A stretch of DNA of 64,000 nucleotides from Octopus bimaculoides (Eukaryota), in contig NC_068997.1 of assembly GCF_001194135.2 (NCBI RefSeq), forward strand, positions 50,192,563 to 50,256,562, given 5' to 3'. The position numbers and the translations under genes were made by a program. The notes under the pieces were generated by a model. That model made no database searches. It worked only from the letters and a program-made list of their open reading frames with translations, and had not been told where the DNA came from. Positions 53,207 through 64,000 of this stretch are shown here, piece by piece. Numbering within the stretch: position 1 is the first letter of the stretch; every line of letters starts with the position of its first letter.

Positions 53207-54989
53207 ATAGGTTTAAGTATTGAGTACTCTCGTACCTTTTGGTTGTAACTCTCACATATATATATATACACATATGTGCACTGAATGTTGCTGAGTATAG
53301 TAATGGTTTAGAATTTTAAAGAATTGGTATTCAGTCTATTCAGGAATAAGTTTTGGTTAGAGAACTTGTGCCCACCCTTCTCAAGATGATACATCAGTGT
53401 TATATCTGTTGTCACAATATTTAGATTCCCTAGTTTGTGTTCCCTGTTTTAGAGATAGCAGGGATGAGTGACATTCAGTTACTGCATTGCTAGGGGAAGC
53501 AATTAGATAAAAAAAACTCCATCACAAACTTGAATCCCTCTCTTGTCACATTGTCTCCTGGTGACCATCAAAAGAGGTTTTATTCATCCAACCATAAAAA
53601 CCATGCCAAAGCAGACATTGGAGCTTGGTGCAATCCTCTGGTTTGCCAGTTCCTTTCGACCCATCCAACCCATACCAGTATGTAAAACAAACATTAAATG
53701 ACGATAATGAACAGATGATAACGAAGTATTTGTTGATGGGGGTCAGTCCGAGAACAGGTTAAAGTATGGTATATCTGGGGTGCAATGCTTAGGGGTTACT
53801 TGTGAATAATCATTCAGCTAGCTCTATGGTGTAAGTGTGCTCAAGGAAAACTGACTGGAGTTAACAATAACAACAGCAGCAGCAGCAGCAGTAATAATAA
53901 AAATCAGTATTTACATCATAATAATCATTCACACCAGCTAACAACAAAAGCAACAGTTCTGTCTAAGTTGCTTGACTTGCTGCTTATACAGCAGCCATGT
54001 TTGTTTGAATGTGTTAAACTGAAAGGAGATGTTTGTCGAAATGAAGGTCAAGACAGCAATATGAATTTATTAAAGAAAAATAGAACAGATACTGGGAATT
54101 GATTGAATGGTATCGGTCAGTTCTGGTTATGTAATGACTAAGTAAGAGCTTTGACTTGTTTACTTGCTAGATCGTTTGCAGCGATGTGCTATCTCTACAT
54201 TTTATTGTTTTACTTACGATACATTCTCTGTATCCTTCCGTAGTCAAGCTGGCAAAGGTGGCCAGTAAAATTTGGCTCATCATTTGAAGTAGTAAACGAA
54301 CACTGAGTAATGGTACAAACTCATTCATTTTCTCCACTGATTAAAAGAGAGCTGGCCAAAAACAATCATTAGCTGAACATAATTAATTAATTGAGTTAAT
54401 TAAAGGTAGTCACTTTTATAACTGAAGAAACTCTTGTGTGTTTGCAAATGTATCTGTAATTGTTCAGTTTTTGATCATACAATTGCTTTAAACTGGAATA
54501 ACAGTTTGAAAAACTCGTATCTATGCGTACATATGTACTGGAAAAATTATCATGTGAATGTAATTTATTGAAAGAAAGCCAGTGCTACCCAGTGTTCTGG
54601 TACACATTCATATAACTGTAAATTCTGGGATCATGTCTTTTGAAGTTAAAACACCTGCTAATTCGTAAACTGGTCACAAACCAGTGAGGGGAACCTATGC
54701 ATTGTCAACCAACGTTGCTAGAGATAGCAGTTAAATTTCCCTTAAGTGTTGGAAAAGAAATATGTGATGGATAATATGATCTTAGATTCATTGTACCTAG
54801 GAAAAATACTGGCTGGTCATGAGTGGATTGTCTTTTGATTATAGCTGTCTGAGGCAAAACAACAAAGACGGTCTTGGTAAGAAAGCTCACTAAATAATAT
54901 GTTTTGGTAGTTAAAAGTACCTATTCAGCTGTATTTTTTAATATCCTATCATTTACTCTTCTGAAATCAGCTCCTCAGGTCATTAACCT

Positions 54990-55081
54990 TTTCATTAGTA
55001 TATTTCTAGTCAAATACACCTTTCATTAGTATATTTCTAATGAAATACATCTTTCATTAGTATATTTCTAATGAAATACAC
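54990..55081. repeat. 31-bp tandem repeat x3, each with an internal hairpin, at a MITE terminus
   Basis: The unit TTTCATTAG-TATATTT-CTAATGAAA repeats at 54990 (two mismatches), 55021 and 55052. Confidence 0.85.
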
Positions 55082-56871
55082 AGTCCTTGTATTTCAATTT
55101 TGAAAATAATCAAGAATTTGGAAAGATTTAGTAAAACAACTTCTGTCATTATTAAGATGGTGTTTGGTATATAATTTCTTATCAAGAGGTGCTTGCCATG
55201 AAATTATCACAAAAGCTTCAAATTTAAATATGAAATCATTATAATTAGGAAATTTACATCATAGACCCAGAGGTACATATGAAAAATATTAACATAGTTT
55301 TACATTTCTCAGGCTTCTCGATGTAAATATTTGTAAGATATGATTGGGTTGTGTAAATGATTCAAAGCTCACTTGGCAACATTGTGGTTTCAGGTTCAGT
55401 CCCATTTCACAGTACCTTGGGCAAGTGTCCACTACAATAGACTCGCACCAGCCAATGCCTTGTGAGTGACAGAAACTGTGTGGAAGCCTACTGTATGTGT
55501 GTGTGAGAGTTTGTGTTTGCTCTCTTCCTTGACAACTGGTGTTGGTCTGCTAACGTCCCTGTAATTAAATGATTCTGTGAAAGAAACCTATAGAATTAGT
55601 ATCAGACTTTAAAATCAGTACTGGGGTCAATTTCTTCAACTAACCCCTTTAAGATGTTGCTGTAGCATAGCCACAGTCCAGTGATTGAAACAAGTGAAAG
55701 ATAAAAGATAAAGGTGTTTCAATAGAATGATATGATGTGAATAAATGATAAATGAAAAAATATATTAAGTTGGTAGCAGACTGGACTCTCATGATAGGGA
55801 TATTTTGATGAGTTTAAGGACAATGACTGGAATTGGTCAGCTAGCATTGGAGCAGGGAATACATTGAGAGTAAACAAAGAAGATGTTGGTGTGCTGAGAG
55901 GTGAAAGTAATGTGTACCTGAAGGGAAATTGAAGGAATTGGTTGATCATAACACCCATTGTAGACAAGGGCTGGAGAAACATTGAAAAGTGGTGATTAAT
56001 CAAACTATTGCATCCCTCAAAGAAATAGCATGGCATAAAATTAACCCTTTTGATGCCAACCTGCCTGGGACTGCTCCTAGAGCTGTGATACAAGCTCCCT
56101 GTTTTAAGGTGATCCAAGTTAAAAACCTTCCATCAAGATTTCATGGAAATTTATATTCCAAACACCAGCTTAATAGTAACCAAGTTATTTTAATAAATTT
56201 TTCATTATTTTCAAAATTAATTGAAAGAGTATTTCATGAGAAATATGGTAAAGACTGAATTAAGCTAATCTTCAATTCATTGACAAATGCTGAGTTTCAA
56301 GCCTTCTTTAACCCTTTTGCTATCACTCTGTTTGGGACTGCCTCCTAATTCCTACGATACAAGCGCCTTGTTTTAATGTGATCTAAATTAAAACCATCCA
56401 TCAAAACATTTCATGCTATGTTCCAAACACCAGCTTAATAACAACTGTTAATTTAATAAATTCTTCATTATTTCCAAATTAATTAAAACAATCACAGTGT
56501 TATTTCAACAAATATATGGTAAAAAGAAAAACCAAAAAAAAACAAGAGTGAAGGAATTATTATTAGAGCTACAGTTGATAAAATATTCAGTATTAGTTAC
56601 GTAAAGGAAAAGGTTAAAGTTCTAAAAATAGCTAGCATAGATAGAATGTTTTAGCATCTCTCACTATAAGTTTCAACTTCTATCATTCTCATAAAGATAT
56701 GATCTACCTAAAGTGGATTAGTTTCTTAATTGAACAACTCATTCCACCTGTTGGAACATTCACCACTAAATAACTCCAACGCTGCATTATTTTAATACTC
56801 GTACTTATTTCTTTTTAATATCCTGTGTTGCAGTTTTCTCATGGTAACAGTTTTCTTCTCTTTTTTTCTTT

Positions 56872-56909
<38 letters not shown>

Positions 56910-57843
56910 CGCAATTGTTAATTTCCTACATTGTGTTCACAAATCCAAATCATTTGTTCATTAAATGATACTATTAATTAGCAGGCAATAAATGTCCAGA
57001 TCATATGCAGTGTTACAATCAGAATAACTAAATATTTCTATTTCCATTAACTTTTTGGGGTGGGGAAGGGATATTTTAAGATCGCAGTGGAGGAATTATA
57101 CCTTATAGGTCAACAATTTCAAAACTTATCACAATTCATCAGCAACACAGAGTAGAACCAAGGGTATAGTGCAGTTGCTGTAGTAAGATTAGAACTTATC
57201 ACTACATGATTACCCCTTTGTTACCTTACTCCTGTTGAAATACACTGGTTTTGTTTCAATCATTTAAAAATAGTGAAGAATTTATTGAAATAACTTTATC
57301 ATTACTAAGTATTTGGAATATAAATTAACATGAAATTTTATTGTAAGGTTTAAATTTCGATCATTTTAAAACTGAGAATTTGTATCTTAGAACCCGGGAC
57401 AGTATCAGGTGGTTGGTACCAAAACGGTTAACTTCACATTCATTGTGCTTCATAGAACATTTTACTGAATAATAATTTCTTGTTACTACTGCAAATGGCT
57501 TCAGTTTCTCTGGCTTCATGATTGATGGTCTGCTGTATTCTACATTATACTTCTCTACTGTACTTTTAATGCTCTCACACACACACACACACACATTTGT
57601 AATATAGACAATCACACTAGTCCTGGTTGGTGAGTTAAAGGTGCAATCTCAGAATCAGCTTCATCAAATGATCTCTCTGCTAAATATCAGGCTGCTGTAT
57701 GGAAGGGCGGAGGGTGGTGAGAGGGAAGAAGACTGCCAGCTGATGGTGGAAGCAGTTAGCTACTTATGGTTGTTAAACTAAGCAAGACACTGGGGTGAGC
57801 TAATGAGATTATGTGATACCGTTGCTAAAACAGAGTGTTATGC

Positions 57844-57882
57844 TACCTGTAAAGATGCCATGTCATAGCATCTTTACAGGTA
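57844..57882. repeat. 39-nt near-perfect palindrome
   Basis: TACCTGTAAAGATGCCATG-T-CATAGCATCTTTACAGGTA, 18 of 19 pairs. Confidence 0.9.
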
Positions 57883-59902
57883 TAGTCATACAATCTCAGC
57901 CAAAATGGAGAAATCCAACTGTTTACTGATTCTCTAGTTTAGGATATATCCTGATTCTTTACTAGAATTATTCTTATTACATTATTCAGGCAGTGAGCCA
58001 GCAGCATTGGACAAAATGCTTAGTGGCATTTTTCTTCCAGCTCCTTCTGTTCTGGTTTCATAACCCGGTACCAAAGTCAACATTGCCCTTCATCCTTTCA
58101 GCATGAAAGGCCATATTGATCCTTTCAGGATCAATAAGATTAAAGGAAACTGATTTGTAACCTTCTGCCAAAGTGAGAAATCATAACTAACACTGTTGTA
58201 TTACTGAACACTGGGTCTTTGTATTTGGTTAGACGAAACTATTGGCATTGGCTTCTGTTAATACATCTCTTAGCCTGTCTTGAACTGCAGTTTTACCTCA
58301 TGAGATCAGATCAGAAGTTTGTTTTAGGACAACACATTAGGATTCTAACAGAATGTAAAGAAAATATTGCAATTGAGAGGGGCCGTCCAGCTTGAGCCTT
58401 GGAAGTTTAAATAATGTAGGGAAAATATACTTTGTTGATTCCCTATTGCATTTCTTGCTTAAATACTGTAATGTGATAGTTCTTTATATAGCAACTGAGG
58501 GACAATAATGAATGAGGCACTATCACATTGCTGAAGGCTGTGTATTTGGTTTTACTTTTGCCATGTTCCATGTTTGAGTGAAAAGTGATCTCTGTCGACT
58601 ATCTTAACTTGAACGGTATAAGAAGAGAGTTAAGTTAGTTGGCTTCAAGTAGGAATTGAAACCACATTACAAAGCCTGCTTTGTTGCAACATACCACCAA
58701 TTTGTTGTGTAGAGATGATAAATAGTGAAAATAAACTGTTCTAAAACATTTGTCGATGGCAGGCTAAAGGAGCATTTCTTGCATATTAGCCCCAGGTCAG
58801 CCCTGACCTTGCAGGCATGGGTAGGACAGTTTGACAGGAGATGGTCAGCCAAAGAGCTGCCCAAGTACCAATTGTCTATTTTAGCATAACTTCTATGGTT
58901 GGGTGCCCTTCCTAATGCCAATCACTTTACAGAATGTCCTGAGTGCTTTTTATGTGCCACCAACACAAATGCTTTTTACATGGCACCAGCATACAAAAAT
59001 ATAGAATATCATGTGGTCAGTGATATTCTAGCCATATTCTTTCAGACACATTGTATCCAAAACTACATTATCCACATGTGTCTTTCGTTTTGAAGACATT
59101 AATATGAAAATTGTTGCTATTTCTAGCAAGTAGAAGCTCCTTTGTGGACTTGAAAGGTATCTGGTAGAGATAAACAAGTTTCCCAGTATAAGACATTTAG
59201 TGTATCACGGGGAGTATTTGCACAATCTATTATTTTGCTGGATATATTAATGATGTGAAATTAAATGATTTACCTGCTTACACACCCAGAATGTCTCAGC
59301 TTCACTTTGCACTCATCACTAGGTGGTCTGATATTACATCGAGTCAGACTTTTTGCCTCTACTTGCACCAAACTTGACTAGGGTGAGCAGGAATCCTAAC
59401 ATGTTCCTTATATGCTCTGTGTAAGTTGTTAGGTTGTTATTATCACCAAATCAGCATTAATCGGTTAAACGTATGATCTAAAGCTCCCAAACAATGATCA
59501 TTCAACTTTTTTGTTCTCTCAGTTATAACATACACCAGGCAACATCAGCAAATGTTCTTCTCAGACCGTAGGGTATGATTTGAAGGAGATCTCTAGCTGG
59601 TCAGCTGACTGTACGAAGATTGACAGGTATGTTGTGAAATTATAAGTAGAGGTAGGGTGGCTGAGTAAATAAAGAAATTTTTACCTTCTCCTGTAGAAAA
59701 CAATTTGTATCACTTCTGTTCATCTGTCAGGTATAAGTACTAGGTCAGATGATATGAGCATTGGGATATTTATCTTGTATTCACTTCATGCTTTGAAACT
59801 GGAGCTAATACAAGTTCTTAGAAGTTCCTTGAGATTTAGGAAGCATTATATCTTCATTTGTTCATTTGATGTCCATTTTTCCATGCTGGCATGGCTTGGA
59901 CA

Positions 59903-60149
59903 TGGAGGCGTGTGGCTTAGTGGTTAGGGTGTCAGCATCATGATCGTAAGATTGTGGTTTCGATTCTTAGACCAGGTGATGTGTTGTGTTCTTGAGCAAG
60001 AACACTTCATTTCACGTTGCTCCAATCCACTCAGCTGTAGAAATGTGTTTAGCCTGGAGAGGGATGAGCTCCACTAGGCTTTCTCACCTTAGATACGCTG
60101 CATGGCTGCAGCACCCCAACAACCCCCAGGGGATTAAGGGACTTGTCTG
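59903..60149 (+). mobile_element. tRNA-headed SINE nested in a (GAT)n-tailed repeat, with 11-bp TSD
   Basis: TGGCTTGGACA at 59892-59902 and 60150-60160. The host repeat continues on both sides. Confidence 0.8.
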
Positions 60150-62169
60150 TGGCTTGGACAGGAATTGAGTTTGAATCAAGATTTGTCTAACTGGATGCTC
60201 TTCTTGTCACCAACCCTCACTTGTTACTCTTGCAAGGTACTTCTTATATTCCAATGTTCAGAGACACCAGTTATATTGTCAACAGGGGATGCCAATATTA
60301 GCATCACTAGTGACAAGCAAAATATATATTCATTCGCATGCACACACAGTAGGGTTTTATGCAGTTTCTTTCACTCACAAGGCATTGGTCAGCCTAGACC
60401 AGTAGAAGAAGACTGGTGCTGCACAGCAGAACTGAACCTAAAACCACCAGGTTGCACAGCAAACTTCTTAACCACGCAGCCATGCCTGTATACACATGTA
60501 TATGTATGTATTTATATATTTATGTGAATGTGTTACACTGCTGTTTAATAGTTGGCAATAGTAGTGATTGTCGTTGTTGTTCCTGATTGATGAGAAGTCT
60601 CCTCTAACAGCCAGACATTTGTGCCATCAAATGTTGACCGACAGTTGCCGAAAGCGCCACATGTCAGCAAAAATTGCTCCTATCGCATTGCTTTGGATGT
60701 GTGTCTTTATTGTTCCACCGTATTAGTAAGAGAGTTTCATCTTGGAGCAATCCCAACACCAACATCTGAAGAAAAGGAGGGAGATAACCAACTCCAGATA
60801 CAGTTTGCTTCTTCTACTACAACGACTACTACTACTACTACTACTACTACTATTAGTACTACTACTACTACTACATCACAGTTCCGTACCGTTTAGTTCT
60901 GTCTTCCATTATAAATCCTAGCAGCAGAGATTACATGTGAAGCAAAGCAAAAAAAAAAACAGAAAGAGGAAAAGGAAAGAAAAAATTAATAAGTAAAAAC
61001 GTTAATGAAATATTCAATCATGAGGTAGGAAATACTCTTTTTATGTCGTATGTGTGTTTGGTTATTTTTATTTTTATTTGTTTTACAAGGGTTTCCTTTT
61101 ATTTTTGTTGTATATCGAATGATTGTTCTGTAAAAAAGTATGGATTGTTTCATTCATACATCTCTTAGCAGACTGTGTCGCCAAAGAAGGAAAGAGGCCT
61201 TTATTTGATTTAATTTTCTTTTGTCTTTTTTTCTTTGTTTTGTTTTGTTTTTTGTTTTTTTGCTTCTTCTTATGCATTTTTATTTCTGTCTGTATAGATC
61301 GGATGGTTCTGGAAATTCATATATGTATATATTTTTTGTATAGTTGTTTTAGATGCAAATGTACTTAAGACATCTATAGATATACATGGGTGCGTCCCTT
61401 ACTGAACAGACCTTGTGGGATCAAAGACAATCCACCCTTGACCAGCTCATACTTCGCTCTCCCCCCTTTCCTCCCCACCAAGACTGCATTATTCAAAATG
61501 GCCTTCCTTTTCCGAGACAGCAGTATTTTTAGCATGAGAAATATATTAATTCACCTGAAATTTTTAGCAAGTCTAGCGATTTCATAGGGGACCCCTTGCT
61601 TTCTCAATGACCATCCCCCCATCCCCCCGCTTGTTTTATTTTAGTCCTAGACTAGTCCTGATTCAGAAGACCTATGAGCAAACATGTTCCTATCCATGAC
61701 AATTCCATTTTATTTTTAGACAAGTGTACGAAGGACTACACTATCCAATGTGACCTTTTTTTAAAATTTCTTTAGACAGCTGGGTGTGGTTTTTGAAGGA
61801 GATAGGCTGTTATTTCTAGCAGATCAAGCATGAGCGCTTTGTACTGTAGTAATGCCACTACTAATGTCAACCGTGAAGTAGAGATGCGATAGTTATCTGT
61901 AGCTTTATTGGGTGGGGGGAGGAAATTAAATACGATGTCTTTATTTTCCAGGATAATAAAGGAAATAATTGTTTCATCCACACACACACACACCCAACTA
62001 TAAATGAACCTCAAGTTTTTTTCTTTTCTTTTCCTGTGTTTCGACTTCCTCAAATATTTCACTGTTTGCATATCTAATCAGTCGGGTATTCAGAGGTATT
62101 TGCTCGATGGGTTATCTGGACTTGAGAGACACAACTGTTCGTAGCTACTAAAGCAGTGCAGTAATACCC

Positions 62170-62620
62170 CCTAGTCTCTCTTTCTCTCTCTCACTCTCTC
62201 TCTCTCTCTCTCTCTCTCCTACCTTTTGCCCACTCTTTCCTCTCCTGCCCTCTTCAGTCTTCTCTCTCTGTCTCCTCCCTACCTCTCTCTTCTCTCTCCC
62301 TCTCTCTCCTCCCTCCCTCCCTCTTCTCCCTCCCTCTNNNNNNNNNNNNNNNNNNNNNNNNNNNNNNNNNNNNNNNNNNNNNNNNNNNNNNNNNNNNNNN
62401 NNNNNNNNNNNNNNNNNNNNNNNNNNNNNNNNNNNNNNNNNNNNNNNNNNNNNNNNNNNNNNNNNNNNNNNNNNNNNNNNNNNNNNNNNNNNNNNNNNNN
62501 NNNNNNNNNNNNNNNNNNNNNNNNNNNNNNNNNNNNNNNNNNNNNNNNNNNNNNNNNNNNNNNCCCTCTATCTCTCCTCTCTTTCTCTTTACTTTTTGTC
62601 TCCCCTCTCTCTCTCTCTCA
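62170..62620. repeat. (CT)-rich pyrimidine tract spanning a gap
   Basis: Seen directly. Confidence 0.9.
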
Positions 62621-64000
62621 AAAATCACCTTATGCAGGGGTTCCTAAACTGGGATAAATCTAACACCTCGCCCTAACCACCCAGTGGTAAATTTTATTTA
62701 CCCAGGTAGCAAATTTGCTGCTTCTCTTTTTGTAATTATTTATTTTTATCTTTCTTAATATATATTTTTTTAAAATTCAAATTGAGAAAATTTGAAGTCA
62801 GCCTATTTTCTAAAAAAAAACTATACAAATCCTTTTTCTTTCCACCACTTCTGATTTAATGACCTATCTTGGGTATACTTCTTAATTACTATGCTGCTAA
62901 TGAAGTTATCTAATTCAAAAGATGACCAGATTTAGTTCTGGTATCTCTTCATCATTAGTTCATAAATAGGTGCAAGCGTAGCTGTGTGCTAAGTAGTTTG
63001 CATCCCAACCACATGGTTCTGGGTTCAGTCCCATTGTGTGCCATCTTGAGCACATGTCTTCTGTAACTTTGGGCCGACTAAAGCCTTATGAGTAGATTTG
63101 GTAGACAGTAACTGAAAGATGCCTCTCGTATAGATAAATGTGTGTGTGTGTATTTACATCCCTGTAACTTAGCAGTTCAACAAGAGAGACCAATAGAATA
63201 TGTACCAGGCTTTAAAAAAAATAAGTACTGAAGTCGATTTATTTGACTAAAATTCTTCAAGTCAGTGCCCCAGCATGGCCGCAGTCTAATGACTGAAACA
63301 AGTAAAAGATAAAAAGTAAATGGATTAACATTGGTTTGTGCAATATTTTTGTTAGTTTATTTGAACTGAATAATAATAGGGTTATACCTTTCTATTTTTG
63401 GCACAAGTCCAGCAATTTTGAGGAGTTGGGGAAATCTATGGTACTTGTGTTACTGACCCTGAAAAGATGAAAAGTAAAGTTGACCTCAGTAGTGTTTATA
63501 TTCAGAATATAAAGAGCTGAAATAAATACCACTTAGAATTTTGTACTTTGTGCTAAAAATTCTGCCAGGTTGCTGCCTTCAAATGATGATAATAATAATA
63601 ATAATAATAATGATAACAAGAGCACTCAGAGAGCGCAAACCTCTGCCAACATCTTCTCAACGATTAGCCAGAGATAGTTTTTAAAATGAGAATATCTGAA
63701 ATAAACTCGACTGCTCGCACAAACCAGAATACTAAAAATGAACCTGACTGCTCTCGAAAATTAAGTAAAAAAACAGGGAAGATGATTGCAAGAGGAAAAG
63801 AGAAGAATGTGCAACAAAAGTCTACGAGTGGAAAGGAAGGAGGGTCACTTGCTCCAAAATGACAGAAAGTAAATTAGTGCAAAGTGTGACAACAATAATG
63901 GTGACCATGTTAGTGCCGAGGATTTGAAGTAAGAGGTTTACTGTGCTCCATTTTCAGGAGATTCTAGAGCAGATACAAAGGCAGGATGAATGAAGTCTGG

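Noticed and set aside
54990-55081. Palindromic 31-bp repeats resembling a CRISPR array (also the 20-bp repeat at 42250-42430)
   Set aside because: The units are contiguous with no unique spacers, the context is eukaryotic, and there are no cas genes.
55740-55990. Purine-rich stretch that might be a LINE or exon fragment
   Set aside because: No diagnostic motif and no clear splice sites; left uncalled.

Overview
AT-rich animal genomic DNA from a gapped draft assembly (8 N-gaps, several opening in (TA)n runs). The dispersed repeats match, from memory, those typical of Octopus/coleoid cephalopod genomes; this was not checked against a database. The window is mostly non-coding. It holds dozens of tRNA-headed SINE copies from several families, RTE-type LINE fragments, two mariner relics, hAT/Charlie-type and piggyBac-like MITEs, a probable Penelope-like remnant, a decayed tRNA-Asp copy, micro- and minisatellites and several fold-back inverted repeats. 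I could not assign any host protein-coding exon to a known family. Apart from two partial mariner frames, the ORF-track entries are mostly microsatellite, gap or chance frames. There is a promoter-like region with donor sites near 3.3-3.7 kb, plus several splice-site-bounded candidate exons on both strands (all low confidence). The clearest large-scale signal is a step in CpG content near 12.15 kb, visible by comparing copies of one SINE family. I found no convincing new biological system; the findings are leads of modest interest.
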